A DNA stretch of 64,000 nt from Bacteroidales bacterium. Lineage in GTDB: Bacteria; Bacteroidota; Bacteroidia; Bacteroidales; UBA7960. The notes below the pieces were generated by a model, which saw only the letters and a list, made by a program, of their open reading frames with translations, did not search any database and had not been told where the DNA came from. Below are positions 8,630 to 18,641 of the stretch, one piece after another. Position numbers and translations under genes: made by a program. The stretch lies in assembly GCA_007129945.1 (NCBI GenBank), contig SKUN01000087.1, positions 21,985 to 85,984 on the forward strand. The letters run 5' to 3'. Position 1 is the stretch's first letter. Every line of letters begins with the position of its first letter.

Positions 8630-10468
8630 TTATTCCACGGTAACACTCTTGGCAAGATTCCGGGGCTGATCCACATTGCATCCGCGCAAAACAGCAATAT
8701 GATATGACAATAGCTGTAACGGGATGGTCGCCACCAGCGGAACCAGTGCTTCATCCGTTTCAGGTATTTCTATCACGTGATCGGCCATCCCCTTCACTGT
8801 CTGATCCCCTTCTGTCACAATGGCAATGATCACTCCCTTACGTGCCTTTACCTCCTGGATGTTGCTCACCACTTTATCATAACTGCCTTTTTTAGTGGCA
8901 ATAACCACCACAGGCATCTCTTCATCAATGAGGGCAATCGGGCCGTGTTTCATTTCGGCTGCCGGATATCCCTCTGCATGTATGTATGAGATCTCTTTCA
9001 GCTTCAAGGCGCCCTCGAGGGCCACCGGGAAGTTGTAACCCCTTCCGAGGTAAAGGAAGTTCCTGGCATGCTGAAATATTCCTGAAAGTGCCAGGATTTC
9101 ATCGTTGACCTTGAGTGCCTGTTCTACTTTAGCAGGGATGGCATCTACCTCATGAATCAACTGATAAAACCTTGATCTGGAAATGGTTCCCTTCTTTTCC
9201 GCAACAGAAAGCGCCATCAGTGTCAGAATGGTTACCTGGGCTGTAAAAGCCTTGGTCGAGGCCACGCCTATTTCAGGGCCGGCATGCGTGTAGGAACCCG
9301 CGTGAGTTGCCCGTGCAATGGAAGACCCCACCACGTTGCAAATTCCAATGATTGTAGCCCCTTTCGCCCGTGCCAGTTCCACAGCCGCCAAAGTGTCCGC
9401 TGTTTCTCCCGACTGGCTGATGGCAATGACCACATCCCCTTCATTGATCACCGGGTTACGATACCTGAATTCGGAGGCATACTCGACTTCAACGGGAATA
9501 CGGGCCAGGTCCTCAAACAGGTACTCGCCGACCAGCCCGGCGTGCCAGGAAGTGCCGCATGCGACAATAATAATTCGTTTGGCATTGATGATCTTCTGCT
9601 CATAGTCAATGATGCCGCCGAGTGAAATAATCCCTTTGGCTGCATTCAGGCGCCCGCGCATACTGTCTTTGATACTCCTGGGCTGTTCATTGATCTCCTT
9701 AAGCATGAAATGTGGATAGCCGCTCTTCTCGATGGATGAAAGCTGCATCTCCAGGTGATAGATATAGGGGGTCTTTTCCTGGTTCTTGATGGTTTTAACA
9801 CGTAATTTTCCCTTACGGGGAACCACGGCCATTTCTTCATCATCAAGGTACACCACGTTTTTCGTATACTCAATAATGGGAGTGGGATCGGATGCAATGA
9901 AAAATTCACCTTCACCGACCCCGATGACCAACGGACTTCCCTTTTTTGCAGCGATCAGCTGGTCGGGGCATTCCTCTGAGATGACCACGATGGCGTAAGC
10001 TCCCACAACCTGGTTCAACGCCAGCCTGACCGCTTCTTCCAGGTCTGTATGCTCATTCTGCTGAATATCTTCAATCAGATGGACCAGCACCTCGGTATCG
10101 GTGTCGCTGCTGAAAGAATAGCCACGATTCATGAGCTCCGCTTTCAGTGATGAATAATTCTCAATGATACCGTTATGGATAATGGCCAGTTTTCCGGAAG
10201 GGCTGTAATGCGGATGGGCATTCACCTGGTTGGGTTCCCCGTGGGTGGCCCACCGGGTATGTGCAATGCCTGAAGTTCCGGAAGCGTCCTGACCATTGAC
10301 CAGACTGGCAAGGTCATCTACTTTACCATGGGTTTTGTATAACTTAAGCCCTCCGTCGTGCAGGGCAACTCCCGCACTGTCGTAGCCGCGGTATTCAAGC
10401 CTGTATAAGCCTTTTATCAATATTGGATATGCATCTCTGGGACCGATGTAACCAACAATACCGCACAT
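8630..10468 (-). CDS. glmS: Glutamine--fructose-6-phosphate aminotransferase (isomerising)
   Basis: 612 aa. N-terminal MCGIVGYIG (Ntn Cys2), two SIS domains, C-terminal ...KSVTVE. Confidence 0.97.
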   Translation of the reverse strand: MCGIVGYIGPRDAYPILIKGLYRLEYRGYDSAGVALHDGGLKLYKTHGKVDDLASLVNGQDASGTSGIAHTRWATHGEPNQVNAHPHYSPSGKLAIIHNGIIENYSSLKAELMNRGYSFSSDTDTEVLVHLIEDIQQNEHTDLEEAVRLALNQVVGAYAIVVISEECPDQLIAAKKGSPLVIGVGEGEFFIASDPTPIIEYTKNVVYLDDEEMAVVPRKGKLRVKTIKNQEKTPYIYHLEMQLSSIEKSGYPHFMLKEINEQPRSIKDSMRGRLNAAKGIISLGGIIDYEQKIINAKRIIIVACGTSWHAGLVGEYLFEDLARIPVEVEYASEFRYRNPVINEGDVVIAISQSGETADTLAAVELARAKGATIIGICNVVGSSIARATHAGSYTHAGPEIGVASTKAFTAQVTILTLMALSVAEKKGTISRSRFYQLIHEVDAIPAKVEQALKVNDEILALSGIFQHARNFLYLGRGYNFPVALEGALKLKEISYIHAEGYPAAEMKHGPIALIDEEMPVVVIATKKGSYDKVVSNIQEVKARKGVIIAIVTEGDQTVKGMADHVIEIPETDEALVPLVATIPLQLLSYHIAVLRGCNVDQPRNLAKSVTVE

Positions 10469-10479
10469 AAATCAGCTAT

Positions 10480-11838
10480 TTAATTAAATATCGTATAATA
10501 TATTACCAGACGCATCGGATTCTCCTCTCTGCCAGGCCCGCGCAAAACAACACGTGTTGCTCTTTCTGATACCCCGGCAGAAACAACCGTCAGTCCTTCG
10601 TTTTCAAATCTTCCGTCCATTAAATCCTGTACGTACTGTGAAATATTGAATCTATACTCCATTTTCTCCTTGTCCAGATTGCCCCCAAAATAAGAACTTC
10701 CCACATGATAGTCGCTCAGGAAGCCCAGATCGCCGTCCTCCCTGAAGCGCAGAAGCAACAGATTATCGGTCTCGTACAAATCGTCTGTGGCAAAACCTTC
10801 CTGCACAGGCACCACCAATTCCGCTTTATTAATTACCACTCCCTGAAGTTCCGTCAGGTCATCCAGGTAGGGAATATACACATTGGCCCTGGAAACCCCC
10901 AATGATTGCACAAAAAGAAGGCTGTCGCCCTGCGCAAAGTCTTCATGCTCTACCTGGGCCCTCAATGACTCATTGGCCCCCTCAAAGCCAAAGTGATCCA
11001 CTTTTGTGGCCCTTTTGGCAAACTCATTGATCGGAAACTGCGTCATCTGCTGCAGGGTATCATCGTCATTGTGATAGTAAAGCTGGATGGAGGTCATCGG
11101 GGCAAGCATATCAATGGCGTACAATGCCCCAAGGTCTTCTGCATCATCATCAATGGTGATATATAACCCCTTGAACGCATCCAGAAAGTTGGGGACATTA
11201 TCAAAAGCCTCTGTGTCGTTGGCATCAATCAGCTTTTGCCCGTAGGCATCAGACAAGGGTATGCGGATATGCGGAGGCCGAAGAATGGTATCCACCATTA
11301 CACTGTCGGTGGGTGCCGGACGCAGCCGGAAACCATCCGGATCCCTGGTAATCGGATCGGCATAGTGAGGGATCTCAAGATTGGAGAAAAGGGTATCCCG
11401 TGCCGGGAAATTCTCACTTAACTCATACACCCGGAGCTGGTGGAATACTTCCACATTGCCGTAATACTCACCGGTGTAGTTAAGCACGATATGAACGGAG
11501 TCAAGCTGTGGATTTTCGCCCAGCGACAGGTTATTAAAGGGCAAACGGGTTTCTGTGTAAATTCCGGCCCTGGTCGTACCAAATTCAGGATCATTCAGAA
11601 CCCCCAGTATATTGCGGCCAGTCATGTTGGTCGCGACACTGTCATCCCTGGCTGTAACTGCCTGGATGGTGAGGGTATCAGTGGTATTCATTTCCACGGG
11701 AGACTCGATCAACTCCAGGCCGATCTGATCCGACTCTTCACAGGCGTACGCCAGCAACACGAACACGGATAGCAGACCGATCCTTTTCAACAGACTGTAA
11801 AAAACCCCGTAAAAACGGGGGTTGGTGATTGTTTTCAA
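10480..11838 (-). CDS. DUF4270-family lipoprotein
   Basis: 452 aa. Signal peptide with lipobox LLAYAC. The position between a short glycogen-synthase-like gene and glmS is a synteny I recall as typical of Bacteroidota DUF4270. Confidence 0.55.
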   Translation of the reverse strand: MKTITNPRFYGVFYSLLKRIGLLSVFVLLAYACEESDQIGLELIESPVEMNTTDTLTIQAVTARDDSVATNMTGRNILGVLNDPEFGTTRAGIYTETRLPFNNLSLGENPQLDSVHIVLNYTGEYYGNVEVFHQLRVYELSENFPARDTLFSNLEIPHYADPITRDPDGFRLRPAPTDSVMVDTILRPPHIRIPLSDAYGQKLIDANDTEAFDNVPNFLDAFKGLYITIDDDAEDLGALYAIDMLAPMTSIQLYYHNDDDTLQQMTQFPINEFAKRATKVDHFGFEGANESLRAQVEHEDFAQGDSLLFVQSLGVSRANVYIPYLDDLTELQGVVINKAELVVPVQEGFATDDLYETDNLLLLRFREDGDLGFLSDYHVGSSYFGGNLDKEKMEYRFNISQYVQDLMDGRFENEGLTVVSAGVSERATRVVLRGPGREENPMRLVIYYTIFN

Positions 11839-11907
11839 GACTCAAAATTTTAGGTGAACAAATTGGGAACCATTGCAGGTAACCAGAACGCAAAGGTAAA
11901 AAATTTA

Positions 11908-12735
11908 TTATTGCTGCAATACTGATTCCGCTACCAGCACCTCATCGTAAAACGCATTATAGGCATCGATGTAGCTGTCCCTGTCATGGTAGGTCAGGAA
12001 GGGTTTTCCGCTTTCGCGGACATATTTTTCCACCTCAGGATCGATCTCCTCGTCACCAAAGATCACCCCATCTGAATAATCGATGGCCACTTTGCTGATA
12101 TTTTCAAAGCTCGGATCCGCATATTTCTTCAGCACCTCATTGTTTACCCCTTTGGTTTTCATTTTCACAGGCATATCAGCACTGAGTTTTCCGGGGAAAC
12201 CATCATTGTAAACTGAATAAATAACCTTGGTGTCAGAGAACATGGGATTGTCTTTCAATACCTCTTTCAGATAAAAAGGCATCAAACTGGTAAACCAACC
12301 GTTACAGTGAACCACGTCAGGTTTCCAGCCCAGCTTCTTCACGGTCTCAACCACCCCGCGGGTAAAGAAAATAGCACGTTCATCGTTGTCTTCAAAATAC
12401 TCATCACTTTTATTGGTCAGCATAAATTTACGCTGGAAGAAATCTTCATTGTCAATAAAATAGATCTGCATCCGTGCTGACTGGATAGAAGCCACTTTGA
12501 TAATCAGCGGGTGGTCGGTATTGTTGATAACCAGATTCATACCTGAGAGCCGAATCACCTCGTGCAGCTGATTACGGCGCTCATTAATACATCCGTAACG
12601 CGGCATGAAGGTTCTTATCTCTTTCTTTCTTTCCTGAATCCCTTGTGGCAGGTAGCGGCCGACATGGCCCATATGGGACTCTTTCAGGTAGGGGGTAATT
12701 TCCTGCTGAACGAAGAGAACTTTGGGTTTTTCCAT
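11908..12735 (-). CDS. Glycogen/starch synthase-like protein (GT5 N-terminal domain only, short form)
   Basis: 275 aa. MEKPKVLFVQQEITPY...GWKPDVVHCNGWFTSLMPFYLK matches the N-terminal half of glycogen synthases. Confidence 0.7.
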   Translation of the reverse strand: MEKPKVLFVQQEITPYLKESHMGHVGRYLPQGIQERKKEIRTFMPRYGCINERRNQLHEVIRLSGMNLVINNTDHPLIIKVASIQSARMQIYFIDNEDFFQRKFMLTNKSDEYFEDNDERAIFFTRGVVETVKKLGWKPDVVHCNGWFTSLMPFYLKEVLKDNPMFSDTKVIYSVYNDGFPGKLSADMPVKMKTKGVNNEVLKKYADPSFENISKVAIDYSDGVIFGDEEIDPEVEKYVRESGKPFLTYHDRDSYIDAYNAFYDEVLVAESVLQQ

Positions 12736-12816
12736 AAATGAATGAACTTATAAAGTATCCGTTAGAAATATTACACAAAATTACACTTTTTTTTGCTATT
12801 TTTCAAATAATACTTA

Positions 12817-12824
12817 TAGCTTTG
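12817..12824 (+). promoter_or_regulatory. Candidate -7 box TAGCTTTG upstream of panC
   Basis: Matches TAnnTTTG, 77 nt before the panC ATG. Confidence 0.3.
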
Positions 12825-12900
12825 CGGATTTGTTTTTTAGCCAAATTTGCTGGTTTTAATGGCTTATCTACCTGATAAACAGCGATATAAATAGCTCGCG

Positions 12901-13749
12901 ATGGTCATTTTCAATAAAATCAACCCCGTCAGTGAATGGGTCGCCAATCAAAAAAAGGAGGGCAAATCAATCGGTTTCGTGCCGACAATGGGCGCACTCC
13001 ACCAGGGCCATCTTGCCCTGGTTGAACAGGCCGGCAGGGAGAACGACCTGGTGGTATGCAGCATTTTTGTCAATCCCATTCAATTCAACAATAAAGAGGA
13101 TCTGAAAAAATACCCCAGGACCATTGAAAGCGACCTGCAAAAACTTGACGGTGCGGGGTGTGACGTCGTCTTCAATCCTGGTACTGAAGAAATGTATCCT
13201 GCGGGACATCAATCCAAAACTTATGATTTTGGCCGGCTCGATAAAGTGATGGAAGGCCGTTTCCGCCCGGGTCATTTCAATGGGGTCGCCACCGTGGTCA
13301 AAAAATTATTCGACATCGTGCAGCCACACCGGGCCTATTTCGGCCAAAAGGATTTCCAGCAACTTCAGATTGTCAGGTCGTTGGTAAGAAAAGAGAAGCT
13401 TGACATACAGGTCATCGGCTGTCCTACGATCAGGGAAGCCGGCGGACTGGCTCTCAGCAGCAGGAACACCAGGCTTACGGAGTCCCAGCGCCGGGAAGCC
13501 TCCCGGATTTATCAGGCACTGGAGAAAGCCCGTGAAATGTATCCGGAATTCCCGGTTGACCAGATCAAACAACAAATCATTGAGGTGATCGATGCTTCCA
13601 CTGAGCTGGAACTGGAGTATGCAGAGATCGTGCACCCCGACACCCTGCTCCCGGTAACCCGGGCCGGCCGGAATACATCGGCCGTTGCCTGTGTGGCAGC
13701 CCATGCCGGCAAGGTCAGGCTGATTGACAATATGTATTTAAATTCGTAA
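12901..13749 (+). CDS. panC: Pantoate--beta-alanine ligase
   Basis: 282 aa. The motifs [16 protein letters not shown] and SIFVNPIQF are present. Confidence 0.95.
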   Translation: MVIFNKINPVSEWVANQKKEGKSIGFVPTMGALHQGHLALVEQAGRENDLVVCSIFVNPIQFNNKEDLKKYPRTIESDLQKLDGAGCDVVFNPGTEEMYPAGHQSKTYDFGRLDKVMEGRFRPGHFNGVATVVKKLFDIVQPHRAYFGQKDFQQLQIVRSLVRKEKLDIQVIGCPTIREAGGLALSSRNTRLTESQRREASRIYQALEKAREMYPEFPVDQIKQQIIEVIDASTELELEYAEIVHPDTLLPVTRAGRNTSAVACVAAHAGKVRLIDNMYLNS

Positions 13750-13801
13750 TTTTGTACACGAAGCAACAACATTGCTGATACCGTTGCATAAAACCCGCAT
13801 C

Positions 13802-14146
13802 ATGCTCATAGAAGTATTAAAGGCAAAAATTCACAGGGCGGTGGTTACCGAAGCTGACCTGAATTACATCGGTAGCATTACCATTGACGAAGACCTGATG
13901 GATGCGGTTGGTATCCTGGATAATGAGAAAGTCCAGGTGGTCAACATCAATAACGGCGAACGCCTGGAAACCTACGTCATTAAGGGAGAAAGGGGCAGCG
14001 GCGAAATCTGCATGAACGGCCCTGCAGCCAGAAAGGTCCAGCCCGGTGACATCATTATCATCATTGCCTATGCCTGGATGAACCAGGAAGAAGCCGCAGA
14101 GCACATCCCCAGCATCATCTTTCCGGACGAACACAACAAAATATAA
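13802..14146 (+). CDS. panD: Aspartate 1-decarboxylase (pyruvoyl proenzyme)
   Basis: [29 protein letters not shown] carries the Gly-Ser self-cleavage site. ATG 13802 is preferred to the upstream TTG at 13772. Confidence 0.93.
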   Translation: MLIEVLKAKIHRAVVTEADLNYIGSITIDEDLMDAVGILDNEKVQVVNINNGERLETYVIKGERGSGEICMNGPAARKVQPGDIIIIIAYAWMNQEEAAEHIPSIIFPDEHNKI

Positions 14147-14154
14147 TCCTCAGT

Positions 14155-15192
14155 TTGAAATCCAGGCTCAGAAGATACGCCAAAGTTCTGCTCTTTCTTT
14201 TCATCGGATTGCTGATCCTCTGGCTTATTACACGAGGCCAGGACGTGGAGCAAATCAGGGAAGAGTTCCGGCAGGCCAATTACGGATGGATCCTGCTGGC
14301 CATGGGTTGCGCACTAATGAGCCATTTTATACGGGCAGTCCGCTGGAACATGCTGATCCGCGCACTGGGATATAAAACCAATCCCTTTCAGACTTTTTTC
14401 GCTGTGATGACAGGCTACCTGGCCAACCTGGCCCTGCCACGCATGGGAGAGATTACCCGTTGCGTCACCCTGAACAAAGCCACCAAAACCCCTTTTAATG
14501 TACTGGCCGGTACAGTGGTGGCAGAGCGTGTGTTTGATTTTTTCACTCTGTGCGCCATCGTTTTCATCACCATTGCCACCCAGTTCGGGTTTCTGAGAAG
14601 TTTTCTGGACAGGATTTTCTGGTCGCCGCTTATTAGGATAAGTGCAGAACACTGGCTGCAAGCTGCAGTTATGGCAGCGGGGTTCATTTTATTGGTACTC
14701 GGGGCCATCCTGTTCATCCGCCGCAAATTCTCAGATCCCATTGAAGGTGGATTCTTTTACAAACTCAAACGGCAGCTCAGGGGATTTGGCAACGGGATCA
14801 AAACCATCATGACGGTAAAGGGAAAAGGGTGGTTCCTGTTGTACACTTTACTGATCTGGGGGTTGTATTACATGACTGTCTACCTCTGCTTTTTTGCCAT
14901 TCAGGCCACCTCTCATCTCACACCGGTTGCAGGGCTTACACTTCTGGCGGTCGGCAGCCTCGGCATTCTGGCGCCCGTACCCGGGGGCATCGGCACCTAC
15001 CACTTCCTTACCATCCTGACCCTGACCGAGCTCTACGGAATCCAGTCTGAACCGGCAACTTCTTACGCTTATATCACCCACGCCACCCAGATCGTGGTGA
15101 ATATTCTCGCAGGCAGTGTTGCATGGATTATATTGTCGATCCGGGAAAAACAACAAGCAGCCCCTTTACAATTCAAGCAATATGAAGCATAG
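14155..15192 (+). CDS. UPF0104 / lysylphosphatidylglycerol-synthase-TM-region-like (flippase-like) membrane protein
   Basis: 345 aa with about 8 predicted TM helices. A TTG start at 14155 is the only start available before the first TM segment. Confidence 0.65.
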   Translation: MKSRLRRYAKVLLFLFIGLLILWLITRGQDVEQIREEFRQANYGWILLAMGCALMSHFIRAVRWNMLIRALGYKTNPFQTFFAVMTGYLANLALPRMGEITRCVTLNKATKTPFNVLAGTVVAERVFDFFTLCAIVFITIATQFGFLRSFLDRIFWSPLIRISAEHWLQAAVMAAGFILLVLGAILFIRRKFSDPIEGGFFYKLKRQLRGFGNGIKTIMTVKGKGWFLLYTLLIWGLYYMTVYLCFFAIQATSHLTPVAGLTLLAVGSLGILAPVPGGIGTYHFLTILTLTELYGIQSEPATSYAYITHATQIVVNILAGSVAWIILSIREKQQAAPLQFKQYEA

Positions 15193-15691
15193 CAAGCACC
15201 ACCACATCGGGACAAAGATCTTTCGTCCGGACAACCACCGGCAACTACAGCAAAAACTCCATTACTGGCGGTTCACGGGGAACCGGATTGTGTTTACCAA
15301 TGGCTGCTTTGACATACTGCACGCCGGACACACAGACTACCTGGCCCGGGCTGCAGACCTTGGAAACGTGCTGATTGCGGGACTCAATACGGATTCGTCA
15401 GTGCACCGTATCAAAGGGGCCAACAGGCCGGTCAACCCGGAAGAAGCCCGGGCAAAAATGCTGGCCTCATTGTCGTTTGTGGATGCGGTGGTACTTTTTG
15501 ATGAAAACACCCCGGAGAACCTGATCCGCCTGGTAAATCCCGACATCCTTGTAAAAGGGGACGATTATAAAAACCGGGAGATTGCCGGGGCTGACTTCAT
15601 CCGCAGCCAGAAAGGCAAAGTAGTTACGCTCCCCCTCCTGGAAGGATTTTCCACCACATCCATCATCAAAAAAATACAACAGCTCCAATAA
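15182..15691 (+). CDS. RfaE domain-II-like nucleotidyltransferase (D-glycero-beta-D-manno-heptose-1-phosphate adenylyltransferase family)
   Basis: VFTNGCFDILHAGHTDYL...PDILVKGDDY. ATG 15182 overlaps the upstream gene by 11 nt. Confidence 0.8.
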   Translation: MKHSKHHHIGTKIFRPDNHRQLQQKLHYWRFTGNRIVFTNGCFDILHAGHTDYLARAADLGNVLIAGLNTDSSVHRIKGANRPVNPEEARAKMLASLSFVDAVVLFDENTPENLIRLVNPDILVKGDDYKNREIAGADFIRSQKGKVVTLPLLEGFSTTSIIKKIQQLQ

Positions 15692-15817
15692 GTCACTGAC
15701 TGATCACGTTTTAAGAAAAAATAACGTTTTACCAGGTCTTTTATCACTATTTTCGCAGGAATTGGTTTAATTCTTGTGTCTCATCATTCTGACCCAATAA
15801 AGATCAACCACATTACC

Positions 15818-17488
15818 ATGAACGACAAACGCAAAGCCCGCATAACGGCGAGTGTATATATGCCTGTCATCCTGGCTCTGGTACTTGCCCTGGGATTTTT
15901 TCTTGGTTTGAACCTTCGTCAGCCCGAGAGTAGTCCTTCCGAGGGGCGTTTTTTCTCCATCGGCTCTGAACGGTATAATAAAATCAATGATATCCTGAAT
16001 TACATCAATGATGCTCACGTAGACAGCATTTCCAGGACAGAACTTGAAGATGAGACCATTAAAAGCATCATGAAGAGCCTGGACCCCCATTCAGCCTACA
16101 TTTCGGAATCCGACTTCCAGCGCATGAACGACCCATTGATGGGGAACTACGAAGGGATTGGCATTGAATTCAATATGATCAAAGATACCGTAGTGGTCAT
16201 TCACCCCATACCCGGAGGACCCAGTGAGCAGGCGGGCATCATGCCCGGTGATCGCATTGTGATGGTCGGAGATACGGTAATTGCCGGCGTGGAAAAGGCA
16301 ACCAACGATATTGTTTCCATGCTGATGGGTGAAAAAGGAACCAGTGTGGATATCTCTGTATACCGGCCCGGGGCCCCTGAACTGATCGGATTCTCACTGA
16401 CCAGGGATGAAATCCCCTCCTACAGCCTGGATATTGCTTACATGGTGGATGAAACTACAGGATTTATCCGCCTGAATAAATTTTCCGCAACCACCTATCG
16501 TGAATTCGACCAGGCATTGTCAGGGCTGAAAGAAGAAGGAATGGAAAGAATGATCCTTGACCTGCGGGGCAACGGGGGAGGATTCATGGAGGCAGCCATA
16601 CAGATTGCCGATGAACTGCTTGAGCCGCAACAACTGATTGTATATACCGAGGGAAGGAAAAGGCCCCGCGCCACGGCAAGGGCGCGTCGCGACGGAAAAT
16701 TTGAGACCCAGCCCCTGGTGGTTCTGATCGATGAATGGTCGGCCTCGGCCAGTGAAATTATTGCCGGGGCAGTACAGGACAATGATCGCGGCCTGGTGAT
16801 CGGAAGACGTTCATTTGGCAAGGGGTTGGTGCAGGAACAGGTGCAGCTTCGCGACGGCTCTGCCCTCCGTTTAACAGTGGCACATTATTATACGCCCACC
16901 GGACGGAGCATCCAGAAACCCTATGACGAAGGGGAAGAGGCCTATTACAGCGAATTTTTTGAACGCTTTAACAGCGGCGAACTTCTCAGCCCCGACAGCA
17001 TACAATTCGATGAATCACTCCGGTTTGAGACTCCGGCAGGAAGGGTTGTTTACGGGGGGGGAGGCATCATGCCGGATATTTTCGTACCCATAGACGGGGG
17101 CAATGACCGGTCGTTCTACAACCGAATTGCGAACCTGGGATACATTTACCTTTTTGCCTTCGACTATGCCGACCGAAACAGGGAAAGCCTGGGGGATTAC
17201 GGGGACGCTGAAACCTTTGTGGACCGTTTCAGTGTTTCAACCCGCATCTACAATGAATTCATGGGCTTCCTGCAGGAACAGGGCATGGATATTCCCGGGC
17301 AGGTAAGCAGGAGCAACCAGGAACTTATCAGAACCAACCTGAAAGCATATATTGGCAGGAATATGTTCGGAGCAGAAGCCTTTTACCCGGTTTTGCATAC
17401 CGTCGACCAGGCCTTTGAAAAAGCCATGGAGGCACTCCGCGACGAAGAAATCATGGCACAACTCAAGGCACCCGCTGCCGAAGATTAA
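15818..17488 (+). CDS. S41-family C-terminal processing peptidase
   Basis: PDZ region, then LRGNGGG and IDEWSASASEI...SFGKG (Ser/Lys dyad context). ATG 15818 precedes an N-terminal TM/signal segment. Confidence 0.85.
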   Translation: MNDKRKARITASVYMPVILALVLALGFFLGLNLRQPESSPSEGRFFSIGSERYNKINDILNYINDAHVDSISRTELEDETIKSIMKSLDPHSAYISESDFQRMNDPLMGNYEGIGIEFNMIKDTVVVIHPIPGGPSEQAGIMPGDRIVMVGDTVIAGVEKATNDIVSMLMGEKGTSVDISVYRPGAPELIGFSLTRDEIPSYSLDIAYMVDETTGFIRLNKFSATTYREFDQALSGLKEEGMERMILDLRGNGGGFMEAAIQIADELLEPQQLIVYTEGRKRPRATARARRDGKFETQPLVVLIDEWSASASEIIAGAVQDNDRGLVIGRRSFGKGLVQEQVQLRDGSALRLTVAHYYTPTGRSIQKPYDEGEEAYYSEFFERFNSGELLSPDSIQFDESLRFETPAGRVVYGGGGIMPDIFVPIDGGNDRSFYNRIANLGYIYLFAFDYADRNRESLGDYGDAETFVDRFSVSTRIYNEFMGFLQEQGMDIPGQVSRSNQELIRTNLKAYIGRNMFGAEAFYPVLHTVDQAFEKAMEALRDEEIMAQLKAPAAED

Positions 17489-17709
17489 GAGCCACATCCC
17501 GTGAGAACCAACAACCAACAACCTCCCAACCTCGTCCTGCGGTCACCGGCTACCCCCACCATCCATAGCCCATGAGAACCAACAACCAGAGGGGGCGCAG
17601 CCCCGAACAAACCAACAACCTCCCAGCCTCGTCCTGCGGTCACGGGCTACCCCCACCATCCATAGCCCATGAGAACCAACAACCGGAGGCGCGAAGCGCC
17701 GACCAACCA
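17489..17709. repeat. Intergenic mosaic repeat locus R1: ~97-bp unit in about 2 tandem copies plus two GC mini-hairpins
   Basis: ACCAACAACCTCCCA..CTCGTCCTGCGGTCAC.GGCTACCCCCACCATCCATAGCCCATGAGAACCAACAACC starts at 17514 and again at 17611. Hairpins GGGGC-GCA-GCCCC (17592-17604) and GGCGC-GAA-GCGCC (17688-17700). Confidence 0.85.
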
Positions 17710-18267
17710 TTACAACCCAATCTCAGGCCCCACTTTTTTCATGGCATTCAGCGAGATCTCCACAAACTCCTGTAAACTTATCCCCAGTTTCTCACACTCC
17801 CTGATGGTATCTCTGTTCACAGATGCAGCAAACGCCTTTTCCTTCATCCGTTTGGTGATCGATTTGGGTTTCACGCTGGCCACCTTCTTGTCAGGATATA
17901 CCAGGGCCGTGGCGGTGATCAGACCGGTAATGGTCTCCCCGGCAGCCAGTGCGTAATGCAGTGGCTTATGCCTTTCCTGCCCGTGCGCCGCCTCTTCGTT
18001 ATGTAGCTTAACAGCCTCAACAATATCGGGAGCAATTCCCTTCTGCTCCAGCATTTTCGCACCCTCCAGGGCATGTACTTCGGGATCTGCACCGGTAATT
18101 TCCACATCCACATCATGCAGCAAGCCCGCAAGCCCCCAGTGATCAGGGTCTTCTCCCAGGCGCTCTGCCAGCGCCCTGAGCACAGCTTCCGATGCCAGGC
18201 AGTGGGCGATCATTTTTTCATTTTTTACATGGGTTTTCAGTAATTCTAAAGCTTCTTCTCTCTTCAT
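17710..18267 (-). CDS. HD-domain metal-dependent phosphohydrolase
   Basis: 185 aa. H...HD motif (AGLLHDVD) in a small all-helical protein. Confidence 0.7.
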   Translation of the reverse strand: MKREEALELLKTHVKNEKMIAHCLASEAVLRALAERLGEDPDHWGLAGLLHDVDVEITGADPEVHALEGAKMLEQKGIAPDIVEAVKLHNEEAAHGQERHKPLHYALAAGETITGLITATALVYPDKKVASVKPKSITKRMKEKAFAASVNRDTIRECEKLGISLQEFVEISLNAMKKVGPEIGL

Positions 18268-18480
18268 GGGAGTTGTTTTAAATCAATATGGGATTTGTTT
18301 TAATCAATTCAACCGTTAATCAACCAGATACACATATGTGCCCGTGGTATCAGCATCCTGCAAATATAGGGCAAAGCACCCGATTCATCCAAATCTGTGC
18401 CGGATCATCCGCCATCATAGGTTTTGCGGAGACAAATAAAATATATTGTCATGTTTTGTAAATTGCAATAATTAAATGTG

Positions 18481-18488
18481 TACCTTTG
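18481..18488 (+). promoter_or_regulatory. Candidate -7 box TACCTTTG (with TTTG at 18455-18458) for the DEAD-box helicase gene
   Basis: Matches TAnnTTTG with a -33-like TTTG 22 nt upstream. Implies a ~150-nt 5' UTR. Confidence 0.4.
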
Positions 18489-18641
18489 CAGCGATAATTG
18501 CAAGAGTTGGGTTTTTACTTGCCCGTTTTCAGAACAAGCGTTACACGCTCCGCAGTCTAATCTCTCCACCTCACCATTTCCTTTTATCATAAATAATTCG
18601 CCGTGCACAAGCACAGGCAATCACTATTATACATTATACAA

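Noticed and set aside
10469-10479. glmS ribozyme upstream of glmS.
   Set aside because: Only 11 nt separate glmS from the upstream DUF4270 gene, so there is no room for a ribozyme. That ribozyme is also a Firmicutes-type feature.
11908-12735. The short (275 aa) glycogen-synthase-like gene as a truncated pseudogene.
   Set aside because: The ORF is intact with clean start and stop codons. I recall this short GT5 N-domain form as a conserved Bacteroidota gene next to panC. There are no frameshift remnants of a C-terminal half downstream.
17572-17956. ORFs starting with MRTNN... inside repeat loci (17572-17775, 17669-17956, 45900-46133). Other repeat-encoded ORFs occur at 33157-33417, 41554-41823, 35972-36160 and 36023-36211.
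   Set aside because: The ATG belongs to the repeated core CCCATGAGAACCAACAACC. Downstream sequences differ between copies or run antisense into neighbouring genes, and the products are low-complexity. They are most likely not genes.
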